Part shown: piece after piece, positions 36,095-48,971 of the stretch | How the letters are laid out: every line of letters begins with the position of its first letter | Numbering within the stretch: position 1 is the first letter of the stretch | DNA from: Gracilinanus agilis | Taxonomy: Eukaryota | Assembly: GCF_016433145.1 (NCBI RefSeq) | Contig: NC_058130.1 | Span: 720,750,944-720,814,943 of the forward strand | Direction: 5' to 3' | Length of the DNA: 64,000 nt | Program-made: the position numbers and the translations under genes | The notes under the pieces: model-generated | The model's input: the letters and a program-made list of their open reading frames with translations, nothing else | Database searches by the model: none | Told to the model about the DNA's origin: nothing

Positions 36095-37522
36095 GAAATT
36101 ATTTCTCAGATATCATCTCAGGTTGCCCATTGCTACTGCTAATAATTTTCCTATGGATGATTTTGGAAATAGTTACTTTTATCTTACAATAAGGAACTTT
36201 TGAATTTTTTATATACCAGGTAAGTGGTTACAAGCAGATACTATATGATGAAGTTCAAAGAAATCTATTAACTCCACTTGCAGGAGAAAAGATTACATTA
36301 AACTATACTTGCTGAACCTGGAGTCAGGAATTCCTGAGTTCAAATTTGACCTGTCTCAGACACTAGATTTAGTTACCCTCTGTCTGCCTCAGGTTCTTGC
36401 ATCTTTAAAATAAGAATAATAATAGTACCTATCATATAGAGTTGCTATGCATATTTAAAAAGATTTTCTTTACTAAGTGCTTTGCAAACCTGAAACAAAT
36501 TTATTTGTGCAAATAAACATTTATTCACATGTTTTACATAAATCTTAAAAACCATAAAAATCTTAAAATTTATATAAACAAATATATATTTATTTGATAA
36601 TGAAATTATCATCATTATCATCATTGATATACTTAACATAAAAGTTTCCTCTGCTTTCAAGGGGGAATTTCCTGAAATGGAAGTTCTTCTGGCAGTTAGA
36701 GTAGAAATAAATAAAAAAAAAATCCATTCCTATATAGAGTCTATTATTTAGCCTAACTTGTATAGTCAGTTAGGTGGCTCATTGGATAGAGTTCTGGGTC
36801 TGTGGAGTTAGAAAGTCCTGAGTTCAAACCCAGCCTGATATACTTATTCGGTGTGTGGCTGGGGAAGCAATTTAGCCTCTATCTGTCTCAATTTCCTCAT
36901 CTGTAAAATTAAGATAATAATAGCCACCTATCTCCCAGGGTTGTTGTGAAAATCAAATGAGGTGATATTTGTAAAGTGCTTAGCATAGTGCCTGTCACAT
37001 AGCAGGCATTATGTAAATGCTATTATTATTATTACAAATCAGTAGATTCTCCATCTCATATGATTCTCAGAAGACCCATATAAAGATTATTCTTATGGAG
37101 GGTTTACTCTTCCTATTTTACTGAGAAGGAAATTAAAAGCGAATAATGAGGGATGGAAATGACTTTTTCAAGATCATGTGGGGAGTTAATAATAGTAACA
37201 CAATGAATACTATTTCTTCTCTCTGTGGTCAATGGAACTCTTACTGTATACAGAGGGCCCCTCCCTCAATAGAAGTTATTTCTCAGATATCATCTCAGGT
37301 TGCCCATTGCTACTGCTAATAATTTTCCTATGGATGACTTTGGAAGTAGTTACTTTTATCTCACAATAAGGTTGTGCTTAAAAAGTTACAAAGTATAGAA
37401 GAACTATTGAATTTTTTATATACCAGGATAAGTGGTTACAAGCAGATACTATATGATGAAGTTCATTTGCTATTATTGTTATTATTATTTTACACAGACT
37501 GGGAGGTGTAAGGAAATTTACT
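36095..37522. repeat. Local short duplications: 36095..36257 vs 37272..37465, and 37466..37522 vs 38313..38369
   Basis: First pair near-identical apart from a 30-nt indel; second pair 55/57 identical. Confidence 0.92.
36766..37030 (+). mobile_element. MIR/CORE-SINE
   Basis: GGTGGCTCATTGGATAGAG...CAATTTCCTCATCTGTAAAA...GTGCCTGTCACATAGCAGG. Confidence 0.85.
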
Positions 37523-39193
37523 TCTCCTCCTAGTTCCTGTAGAAATCTAATCATCTCTCCTTCCTTACCTTTCTTTTACAACATATAAGAAGGTACCAGG
37601 AAGGAATGGGACAGGCATAGCAAAAAGAGCTTGAAACTGGGAGTTAAGACATTTGAGTTTTGCTTCTAATCCTATAAGTAACTTGTGAGACCTGAGAACA
37701 GCTATAGACTTACTGGGACTCAGTTTCCACAATTGACATCCAATCCAATGCTCTTTAGGCCAGGCCAAGAGGTAGTGAGTTTCTTATCACTGGAAGAGGA
37801 CAAGTAGAAAGAATTTAGAGCTAGAAGAAAGCTTGTGGATCACCCAGCCCAACTTTCCGGTTTTACAGATAATGAAAATGGAAGTGGGAATCAAGCAATT
37901 TGCCCAAGATCACTAAACTAGTATATAGTAGGGTTCAGATGTAAATCACAATCTTACTCAAACTCTTATATACCCGCCACAACTGCACAGTTAGACGTTT
38001 ACATATCACAAAGAGAATTCTTTCATTTGTAGGAGGCTGACTTAGAGGACTTCTAATTTCTATTATATAACTAAGATTCTATGACTTCACGATTCTAAAG
38101 TGAAGGAGAAATATCAAATAATAATATTAGCAGTACTACTAATAATAATATATTACATTGTTGTAGTAGTTTAAGGTTTGCAAAGCATTCTACAAATATC
38201 TCATTTAACCCTCATAGCACTCCTATTAGGTAGATGCTATTATTATCTCTATGGTATGGTATGAGATAAAGTTTCTAAAGTACTTTGCAACTCCTAAGGT
38301 ACTATATAAATGTTTGCTATTACTGTTATTATTATTTTACACAAACTGGGAGGTGTAAGGAAATTTACTCAAGGTCCCACAGGATATCAAGGTCTGATAC
38401 CAAGTTTGAACTCACTTCTTTTTAATAAGTCTATTACTTAATCCACTAGACAAGGCTATATCCTACCAAATCTTTATGCCTAATATGTTCACAATAATAG
38501 TTCCAATGTTTTATAGTAATAGATGATTATACTGGATTCTTGAAGACTTGACTAGCAAAATACAGGGTTTGGTAAGTTTTGAGCCACATTGGAGAGGATT
38601 TGAAAATATGTTCAGGGATATACTGTTGTCCAAGGAACATTTAAAGATAAAAATTGGCAAATAGTTTTTGAATTTTTTTTTGGCCAGAGTAACAACACAA
38701 GAAACTAAGCATAGGAAATTAGGCATCTGAGCTGATGTATAGAGAATGAAGAGCCACAAAATCACAACTCTTTCCTCTCTGTTTCCTTTTTCTTTCTGAA
38801 ATTTTATAGGACTTTACAACTTTTTGCATGCTTTTCCTTAGGTCATTTCATTTGATTCACAGTGGTGAGATAGTTCCTATGATGGACATTAACACAAATG
38901 AAAAGATTGAGGCTCAGAGGAATTAAGTGACTTGTACAGAATACACAAAGTATGACCCAAAGACTAGAAAAAAGGTCTCTCCAAACTCTATATCTATTGT
39001 TTCTTTAGGAAGAATGGGTGTTATGACAGAATAGGTCATGAAGAATCAGAGTGCAACATCAAAGAAAGTCCAGAAATAGATACTATGAAAAATTATATGT
39101 GTGACAGCAAAAAGATCATACAGTCATTAAAGTGGGACCATAGATAATCAATGGGCTTCACACTTTGAATCCAAGGTTTCAGTCTGCCAGACT

Positions 39194-39402
39194 ATTTTTT
39201 ATTTAAAAAAAACCTTAATCTCCATCTTAGAATCAATACTGTGTTTTGGTTCCAAGGCAGAAGAGTGTTAAGGGCTAGACAATGAGGGCTAAATGACTTG
39301 TCCAGAGTCACACAACTGAGAAGTATCTGAGGCTAGATTTAAACCCATTATCTCCTATCTCTAGGCCTGGTTCTCAATCCACTGAGCCACCTAGCTGCTC
39401 CC
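39194..39402 (-). mobile_element. SINE1_Mdo-type SINE in the OR 3' flank, shared with 56373..56585
   Basis: TSD CAGTCTGCCAGACT / CAGTCTGCTAGAAT in both copies. Confidence 0.9.
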
Positions 39403-39463
39403 CAGTCTGCTAGAATCTTGATTTCATATACTGATTCCATATTCCCAGGGTGATGCCCAATCA

Positions 39464-40399
39464 CTAAGAGGATGCTGTTCTGCTAATGATCCTCTTCAGG
39501 GCATCCTTTATATCCTTGTTTCTCAGGCTATAAATGAAGGGGTTCAGCATGGGGGTTACCACAGAATACATCACTGAGGCAATTGAGATACTCCTGGAGG
39601 AATGGGTAGTTGCAGAACTCAGATATACTCCAAGACCTGTCCCATAGAATAATGAAACAACAGAGAGGTGAGACCCACAGGTAGAAAAGGCTTTATATTT
39701 CCCCCCAGGTGATGGTACTTTTAATATTGAGGAGCAGATCTGAGAATAAGAGAAAAGGATCCCTGTGAGGGGCAAAATACCCAGGAGACCAGTTGCAAAA
39801 TATATTACTATCGTATTAATGAGGGTGTCAGAACAAGAAACCTTCATAACTTCACTAAGATCACAGAAAAAGTGGGAAATTTCACGTTCTGTGCAGAAGG
39901 ACAGCCTCATCATCATTAGAATTTGGAAAATGGAGTTTAGAATACTTATGGTCCATGAGATCAGAATCAAGAGACTACAAATCCGTGGACTCATCAGAGT
40001 GACATAGTGTAGAGGGTGACAGATGGCTACAAAGCGGTCATAGGCCATCACAGTAAGGAGTAAATTGTCTGAACAAGCAAAAATCATAAAGAAGTACATC
40101 TGAGCAAAGCATCCAACATATGAAATGGCCTTATTGTGTGTTAGCATGTTCACCAGCATGTTGGGGACCAAGGTAGTAACTAGACAGAGATCTACCAGGG
40201 ACAAATTGGAGAGAAAGAAGTACATTGGAGTGTGGAGGTGGGAGTCTGAACCAATGGCCAGCATGATGAGAACATTCCCAAACACAGTGACCAAGTACAT
40301 GACCAGGAAGAGCCCAAAGAGGGGCATCTGCTGCTCTTCCTTCTCAGAAATTCCCAGTAGGAGAAATCCCGACACATATGTTTGGTTTTCTGGTTCCAT
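39464..40399 (-). CDS. Olfactory receptor, class II, OR7-like, 311 aa, intact ORF
   Basis: All canonical OR motifs present; 287/311 aa identical to 56647..57582. Confidence 0.96.
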   Translation of the reverse strand: MEPENQTYVSGFLLLGISEKEEQQMPLFGLFLVMYLVTVFGNVLIMLAIGSDSHLHTPMYFFLSNLSLVDLCLVTTLVPNMLVNMLTHNKAISYVGCFAQMYFFMIFACSDNLLLTVMAYDRFVAICHPLHYVTLMSPRICSLLILISWTISILNSIFQILMMMRLSFCTEREISHFFCDLSEVMKVSCSDTLINTIVIYFATGLLGILPLTGILFSYSQICSSILKVPSPGGKYKAFSTCGSHLSVVSLFYGTGLGVYLSSATTHSSRSISIASVMYSVVTPMLNPFIYSLRNKDIKDALKRIISRTASS

Positions 40400-40412
40400 A
40401 TATCTGATATAT

Positions 40413-40440
40413 CTACAAGGAAAGGAAGTGAGAAGTTAGC
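40413..40440 (-). other. Branch point, polypyrimidine tract and acceptor before the OR coding exon
   Basis: Minus strand GCTAAC TTCTCACTTCCTTTCCTTG TAG, 13 nt before the ATG; conserved in the paralog (57596..57623). Confidence 0.8.
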
Positions 40441-41872
40441 AAAATGGAAATATAGTCATCCCTTATTTTGTAATGGAGAGAACACTAGATTTAGACTTAG
40501 AAGACTCAAGTTTAAAGGCAAGATCTGTGCCTTTTATTTTTTTTAGATGTCAATTCCTCTTTCTGGGTCTCAGTTTCCTTATATTTAAAATGGAGTTGGA
40601 CTATGTGATCTCTAAGTACTTTCAGCTCTTGCATCCTTGGAAACTCTCCTAACCATATTTAGAACCTAAGTAATTTATAATGAAAGTATATAAAAATTTT
40701 AGAAATGGAATTCCTATAAGTTCAAAATATATTATGAATTAAACATTGAAGTAAATAAATATTTATAGATCAAAAATATTTTAAAAATATTTATAAATAA
40801 AAATTACAAAACTTCAAAATGATGGAAGAAACAACAAAATATTTATCCTAATTATGAAGGGGAGATGATCAATAATTCAGTAAAGAGTTACTTACAACCA
40901 AATAGATGTTCTTTCTCACATGAAAATAAAATAAAAGTAATTTAAAAAGAAAACCCTTTTGATTGGGAAATATATTGATTATAGTTGTGGTAGATAATAA
41001 CTGACATCAAAAATTGTTTTTAAAAATCACAGAAGCAATTCTTTCTTAACAAAATATTTGAACAATTTTCAAAATGAATGCAAATATTTTAATTAATATT
41101 ATTTGTCTTGTGATCTGTATTTCCTCTCTCTCACCTAACCTACCTAATTGAGAAAATAATAAAAACAAAACTTCTTTTACAAACACATAGTCAAGCAAAA
41201 CAAATTCTTCAAATTCCTAATAATCATTTGACATCACTCAATTTCACTAATAATCAGAAAGATATAAAATAACATAACTTTGAGGTACTGCCTCAAACTC
41301 CTGAAATATGTAGGAAATAATTAAAATGTAACACTGATATGTTTGAGTAAGAATAGGTAATCACTCATTCCTTGCAAATGCAATTGCAAAGTTCTAAGAT
41401 ATTTTTGGACAATAATCTCACATTATATGATATTGATCCAATAATTACATTTTGGAGAATATGCTCTGAATGTATTGAAATTATTGATTCAATAATTTTT
41501 AGAGCACCAGTAGGCATACATTCATGAATAAAAAACATTGAAACAATCCTATAATAGGATAATAATTAAATAATTTGTGGTAAATTATTGTTAAGAAATC
41601 CTATAAGTCAATTTGCTATAATGCAACAATGGAGAATACAAAGAACTGCATCAAGACCTTTATCAAATAACAAAGTGAAAACAATAGTTAAATGGATGGA
41701 GAACACACTAGTTATGATTATATAAAAAGTAAAGTGAATGTCAATGAATGGAATCTTGATGAGGAATTAAAGGGAGAGATTATAATATTTTATACAATGT
41801 AATTTGTTAATTTAAATGTAAATAGGTACTAAATAAATTTAAATGTATCTATTGACATTCAATTATTCTTTT

Positions 41873-42002
41873 ATAACCCTTACCTTCTGTCTTGGAGTCA
41901 ATAATGTGTATTGGTTCCAAAACAGAAGAGCAGAAAGTGCTAGGCAATGGGGGTTAAAAGACTTGCCAAGGTTCACAGAGCTATGAAGTGTCTGAGGCCA
42001 GA
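41873..42002 (-). mobile_element. 5'-truncated SINE1, shared with 59514..59634
   Basis: TTATAACCCTTACCTTCTG...GCCAGA at the same paralogous site in both copies. Confidence 0.82.
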
Positions 42003-44017
42003 ACAATGATCTTTTAAATAAAATATTTGGTAAATATTTTTAAGAGAATATGTGCAGGTAGAATAAATTCTGCTCAGCTGTAAAGGGATCTCAATTTTTG
42101 GAGGGGCAACAGTAATATGGCAGGAAGAGTGAGGGATGGGAAGTTTGCTTTATAGAAAGAACAGTTCAGAAATGAGAGATATCAAGAGAATAAAAGGAGT
42201 TAATGTGATCCATTGTTTTCCCTCCATAATCTACCCCCATCCCCCCAAAACAAAGGCAGGGGCTGGAGAGTTGTTGAGTCCAAGATCCTTAAGTCAGCAA
42301 TAGCCTTACTTCAGTGTAAGATCAAGGGAGATTAACTAAAGTTAACATGGTCTAAAATGATGCCTACACTCAGGAAACCAAGTATACAAAAGCTCGAGGT
42401 TATACAAAAAAGATACTTTCAAATGCAACATTCAATATATGCACTATACTGGTACTTTCTTTCCTATTTAAAAAAATTATTACTAGAATTTTCAAAAGGT
42501 AGAAAGATTAATTTGCAGAATTGCAGGAATGTAGACTTAAGTTCAATATAAAGAAGAATTTCTTAAAAATCAGATCCATACAGAAATGAAATGGGATGCT
42601 TCAGGAGTCAATGAGTTTCCCAACACAGAAGTTTTTTCCAGCAGAGATAAAATGATCACTTGTTCATGGTACCATCATTAGTTTAGTCATTATATATTTG
42701 AAACCTTAGTATTATCATTCAATATTTTTTCTCTTTTATTTCCTATTTCCAATCAGGTGCCAAGTCCTGTTGAATTCACATCCAATACATATCTGGCATC
42801 TACTACACCTTTCTTCCCATTGTCATGATCTAAGATATAAGAAACTCTCACTATTGCCTGAGGGTACATGGCAGTCTTTTCTTAACAGTCCTCAATATAA
42901 CTGGAAATCCATACTCAACCCCAATCTTGCTTTCACTTGACTCTTTAATACAATGTTTCTCTCCTATTCAAGAACCTTCAATGCTGTCTACTATTTCCTA
43001 CCAAATTCAAGATATATTCCCTTGAATGACATTGAAGGCTTTCCATAATCTGGTGCAACACTAAATTTTCCCTTTCAGTTAATTTGGGGAATTGGGCTAG
43101 GATACCATAAAGATATTGCTAGAAGATATAAAAGATAGTAATTGCCTAAATTGAAGGGTTTCTATCAACAGATCCAACATAAAAAACAGGGCATGTGTAC
43201 TTTTCATTAGTGAACAAAGCATTGGACACACATCAGGAAATTAAGGTGATAAGTTCCAGCTCCCGAAAGCTGAATGAGTAGAGATCCTCCACAGGCCAGG
43301 TACCAAAAATGAATATTTTCTCTCAGGGTTCCTAGAGTTACCACTTTAGAGAAAATTCCTCAACACACCAAGGAACTGCTAGGTAAATGACAACCAGTAA
43401 AAAGTAAGGTTTCCCTTTGGGGTTCTAGACATAATGTTGGTCTTCAAAGCTGCCCTAATAGGTTCTTCTATCATCTCACTGAAATGGCAACAATTTTAAT
43501 GAAAGAACAGTTTGTTAATTTGAAATTTATCATATACTTGGTGTAAATTTAGTACCATGGTCAGAGAATCAACTTCCCTTATATAAGACCATAGCAGCTC
43601 AAAAAGCAGTTCCAATGGTATTCCCTCAGCTACTAGGCTATTTCACCATCATAAACCTCTTCTCTGAATACAATTCTTTCACACTTTTAGTTTGAATGGA
43701 GTTTTGAACCTCCTATTCTTGGGACAAGACCCTGCTACCAACCTAGGTGTGTTTTCCTGCAAAACTAGAAACCCCTTACAGGAAACCTGGCAAAATTGGT
43801 TAACAGACCTCTAGATGAAAATAGAGAATGTGTGATATCATGAAGTAGACCATCTTGGGAGAAGTATAGAAATTTTTAATTTATATTTAAGCAAATTCTG
43901 ATATTTTATATCATCTTTTACTTGTTTTCTTATTCTTTGAAGTCAGACAAGTCTTATTCCTCTTTTGAGTGATTCTCTTCAGATACTTATATTTAATATC
44001 TTGATAAGTTCCTCAAG

Positions 44018-45340
44018 CACCTTGTTACTGAGCCTTGCTGTCAAACTCTCTAGCTACCCAACACCCTGTGCTACCACACCTACCGACCGACCCTCCCCCC
44101 CCCCCAGCCTTTTCCCTCAACTGCCTTCCTCAGGCCATTTCCACCAAGGCAAAGGGATTATCCTATTGTATGTCCACTATCCAGAACCTCCACTCTTTGG
44201 ACCTCTATGCTGTTGCAAGTGAGCTTGACAACCTGCTTCCTGCTAGGACTAAGGATTATATCTATATAATAATTCAACAGAAAAACAGGAGGAAGATGCT
44301 CACTACTGTCCAAGGGATTGCTGATTATTGTCATAAAAAGAAACTAGAGAAGTCATTGATGGAGAAATTTGCCTGCAATGATTCTGTAATTGAGTATTGA
44401 GAATATGGAGAAGTAATTCAACTACAGGGTGACCAGCACAAGAACATATGCCAGTTTCTCCTGGAGACTGGGTTGGCTAAGGACCACCAGCTGAAGGTTC
44501 ATGGGTTTTAAGTGCTCGTGGCTCACTGAAGCTTGTGAGAATTTCCTTGCAATGTGTAGAAAACTTCCCTTCTGTCCCTTGTCACAAGTTTAAAAGCCTC
44601 ACAGCTTGTTTAATGTAACTATTTGGAATCCACTATTTAACTTGGACTAATGTGACTCATTCATGTAATAAACCAAAAAGAGCAATGCCACCTAGCCTTT
44701 CAGTCCCTCATTTAAACAAAAGTAAAGCCTATCAGTGCTCAGTTGGAAACTAAAATAATCTGTTGTTTCAGTCAAGTCCAAAGTCCTAGCAGCATCTGAT
44801 ACCCTATCTTTTCAGAGACTCCTTGATGCTCTCTCCACAGAGCCCCCTGTCCATTTAAGAAAACTATGACTCTCTGAGCTACCCTTAATGATGCTCAGAA
44901 GAATAAGGTCACCAACACCCAGTTGAACCACCAAGATAAAGATAGCCTTTGTTAGCAGAACGGGCATCCCCAGGATGATTTGCACCAACTGACTCAGGGA
45001 ATAGTTTCATTTTAGGGCAATGGCATGACGTTTTCTTTCTTACATCACACCAAGGTCCAGTGCTTGACTAAACTTTTACTAGTAGTGTTCTGCTTCTGGG
45101 GAATGCACAAGTGGAGAGAAACCCATACCACAAGGCCAACTTTACCTAAATTAAACTTTTGACATTGAACTAATGTATTGAAACAGTCAGTGTAGTAACT
45201 GCAGAGCTTGCTTCTTAATAGCAACAACTGCCCAATGCCATGTGAAGTCAACAGACTGATTTTTTAAAAATTAAATAGTTTAAATGTGATATAATATATT
45301 TAAGCTCTTATTTAAATAAAACTGACCTGTGAAGAAAAAA
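44018..45340 (+). pseudogene. EIF1: EIF1 (SUI1) processed pseudogene with 5' UTR, 113-codon CDS (44170..44511, premature TGA at 44398..44400) and long 3' UTR
   Basis: MSTIQNLHSLD...LTTVQGIA...KFACN..VIE.*EYGEVIQLQGDQHKNICQFLLETGLAKDHQLKVHGF; intronless; AATAAA at 45315..45320 and A-tail; TSD ATAAGTT(C/T)CTCAAG at 44004..44017 and 45341..45354. NLHS and GLAKD favour EIF1 over EIF1B. Confidence 0.95.
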
Positions 45341-48300
45341 ATAAGTTTCTCAAGGGCAAAGATTATGACTTAGCTTACTACTTGGATTCCTTTAATTGGC
45401 ACATGGCTTCCCTATCCATATTTCTAGAATCTTTTGAAACGAATATTTTTGGGGTATGGCAAAGAAAAAGGTGCCATATGTGGTTGTAACCAATAACTCA
45501 CATATACATTTTCCTTAAATACAGACACATATTTTATTAAAAGACAGAAATGCTACCTTGTCCTGTTTATATATGAGAGATGATTAAGAATTTTTGATAT
45601 TATATTATACATATTTTAATTTTTATTATTCATCTACTGCTTAACTAAATTTTCATCCTTTCAAGGTCTCATCACTACAAATAAATAATCTTAGGTTCTC
45701 AAAAGTCAGAAAAATAGAGACTAATCTCTGTCACTTCCTATGCAGTAGAAAAAAACTTAAAAGAAGTTATTCATCAGAGGCTGGTCTGTGGTTGATGCAT
45801 TTTTTAGGGACCAGAATCTTATGAAACCATCTTCTAGGGCATAGATGGTTTAATATCTGCATCATTAGGAGAAAGTATTAATCATATCTGGGATCTGAAG
45901 AGTAAAAGTCACATTCTTATAGAGGTTGAAAGTTCATTAAGCATTTTTGCCACAACACTCAAGATGGGAATTTGAAGGGCAAGTATTTTGACTCATTTTT
46001 TAGGTATGAAAAAAATTAGACTGAGAATTTAAATGACTTGCTTAGAACTAGACTTAGAAAGCTGGCAAACCAAGTTCTTAGAAAATTCTCAATTTTATTC
46101 ATGTATCTTGAAGACATTGATTTTGTAAAATATTACTCTGTGTTATAACTAGCAAGTGCCTTCACCTCTTAGGCTTTTTTTGTCTGAAAAAATAAAGGGG
46201 TTAGGAATGATATAAAGAAGATTTTCTCTCATCTTGAGAAAAAGGAAGAGTAGGAGGAGGGATGAGCAGTACAGGAGATGATTGCCAGAGATGTAAAATG
46301 AAAGTGAACATATCATAAAAAAATAAAGGAGTGAGATAGATCCAAAGGGTGCAGTGATAACACCCTGTTTGGCTTCAGTCTAGATACTCTCCTGCATACC
46401 AAAGACCTTAGTGTTCCCAGAACTGAATACAGAACTTTAGATATGGACTGAACACGGAACTGATTTTAGAGTTAAAAGTCTCTAATATCTAGTATTTTCT
46501 CTCTGTAACATTATTGATAAGTAATTTCTCCTCTTCTAGCTTCAGTTTCTCCATTAGTTTCCATTAGGTGATTTCTATGACTCGTTACCTCTGACATTCT
46601 TTGTTCCTAGGCTCCAGTTTTAGGAGTTAAGTCAGGGACTAGTAGTGATCCAAAGAACTATGAGCTGTCAGCTCTATTTTGAGGAACAGCACTGAATTCT
46701 CCCATTGTGGAAAGGTGCAGCAACCTGCAATGGAAGAATTGAGGAGGAGGCAACCTTCTTTATGGTGGCAATAGAGTGGCTACTGTTGTGGAACCTTATG
46801 ACAGCTTCAGCTGCCTTCAGAGGTTGTCTCTGACCTCAGTAAACTTCTGCCATTTGGTATAGGTTTGGCTACTTTGGGAGTATCATTAGGAAACTGCTGA
46901 CTTTTGGGTTTCCTTCAGTACTGAAGTGCTGGGAAGGTGGGAAGGCAGTCAGGAGTTCTTTATGTCTTTCATTCTATGGATTCTCCTAAGCTATTGCTTC
47001 ACTTGGATTGTAATGTCTTGTAGTGTTAGGTTTCTACTCTGATGTGACTATTTGATAAATGAGGATTTTTCAGACAGCCAAGGTCTGCATTTTTTATGAG
47101 ACATCAGTGTGATGAATGCCATTCACCTAGAGAGGGTTTTTGGGAGCTTCAGACTCTGCTTCCAAAGCTGATGTTTTATAATCTTTGACCCCTTTCTGAG
47201 CCTTAACTTAGATTTTCTTTCTAGATCTCAATTTTTAGTTTTCATGGAATCAGGGACATTGATGTTAGCCTTGTAGCTGGATAAACTTTCTAGACAGGAT
47301 TATAAGATGAGAGGGTTTTATTTATTTTAATAATATATTATTTAGATTTAGAAAGTATCTTAAAGGTCATCTCGTACTATATACAGCTGAAGAAACTGAT
47401 GCCAGAAGTAACATGTCCAAAGAGATATAGGTGACTGTGCCTGGCAGAAAGTGTTTAATAAATGCTGCTTCTTTGATGAGAGGCAAAGGCAGGAAACTGC
47501 CAAAATCCTCTAAAGAATCAGCATCCTCTTAAGAACCCAGAAAGAGATTGTTTTGTGGCTGAACTCTGAACTATCTTCTACAATGGAGAGCAGAGTAACC
47601 ATCAGAGTCATTCCAGCTCTTATGAGGAGTCTACCTGGATGTTTCACCTAATGTGGTCAGCTTGATGTTTGCATATGGAAATCATTTGCTAGAGTTTGGC
47701 AAGTGGATTTAGTAAAAGCACAGGTCATCCAAAAAAAAAAAAAAGGAAAAAAATCTACTTTTGGAAGGGATTTAAAATACATATAAATTACCAAGGATTG
47801 GAATATTCTTAGAATACACAATGACAGAATCTATACATCCTTAAAGCGTAGAATGTCTGACCTACAAATTTTACAAGTTTGAAACTGAGATCTGGAAAGA
47901 AGGGAAATGACTTTTCCAAAGTCACAGAATGAGTTGATGATAAAGCTAGGACTAAAACTCAGGTCTTCTGATTCTGTTTGTTGCAACACAATGAAATAAT
48001 GAAATATAACAGTAACACTCGTAACAAAAATGATTTTGACTTCTCTTGTCCAGGGCCCCAGAGAATTCCTGCTCACTACTATCATTTGTAGTCCAATTGA
48101 ATTTTCCAATCCTTCTCCAGCCCTTGTATAATAGCCAATTCCTGAGTCATTCTCACTACTTTCTCCTTGACAGTATACTTAGGAATTCCAATCCTCCCTC
48201 AATTTCTTATTTTCTTGTCTTCGCTTTGCTTATAACAAGGAATTAGATTTAGCCTCCTCATCAACTTTTATAAGGGATAGAATTCTTCTTTAACTTATTT

Positions 48301-48971
48301 CATTTCTGGCCCTTTGGATAGTGAAGTTCTCTGGATATTGCAAAGTTAAGTTTGTTGGACGTCTCTCAGCCTTAGAGTCAGAATGCTTGTTAGGTAAGCC
48401 CTCCCATGATCCAGATTTCTGTCTTCTGTTTTTGCCAAGTACCACAATGGGAAATTCTTTACGTGCTGCTAGTCAAAGATTCTTCTTGATAAATTTACTT
48501 AAGATCACTTGTCTACATCTGGTCTCTCCTATTATAATGATATCAGCTACTCTTTTTAGTAATTTAAAGTTACCAAATACCTCTGCAACCACATATTTTA
48601 ATTCCAAAAGATCTGTGAAATACATAGAGCAGGCCTATTTTGTTTCATGCTGTCATTATAGAGATGGTAATTGAATTGCTCAAGATCTCACAGATAGTCC
48701 TCTGTAGCAGGCTTGGGACTTGAACTGAGTTTTCTTGTTTGAATTTAGGACTTTCCCCACTGCACTCCCCTATGCTCCCTACTGGAGGTCATAGTGAACT
48801 CTGGACTTTCCTTTAGACTTAATGCTGCATCAGACTGGTACTTCTAGACTCAACAATATTAGACTAAGATTTAAATTTTATTGGCTTGTAATGATTTTCT
48901 TGGATTTCTGAGGAAGAAAGGCATACCTCTTGCCTTTGCCTCTTTCACATTGACTCCCCTTCCCTCATAGT

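Larger units (their letters stand above)
37767..46130. repeat. Direct segmental duplication, copy 1 (copy 2 at 54941..63460)
   Basis: Collinear unique sequence from AAGAGGTAGTGAGTTTCTTATC (37767 vs 54941) to GAGAATTTAAATGACTTGCTTAGA (about 46024 vs 63341) and about 100 bp beyond. Confidence 0.95.

Noticed and set aside
39765-40439. Antisense ORFs overlapping the OR (80 and 104 aa; also 57437..57622)
   Set aside because: Shadow frames of OR codon usage, not conserved in length between paralogs.
46650-47100. Moderately GC-rich non-repeat-looking stretch
   Set aside because: No open frame or motif recognised in the frames I tried; needs a database search.
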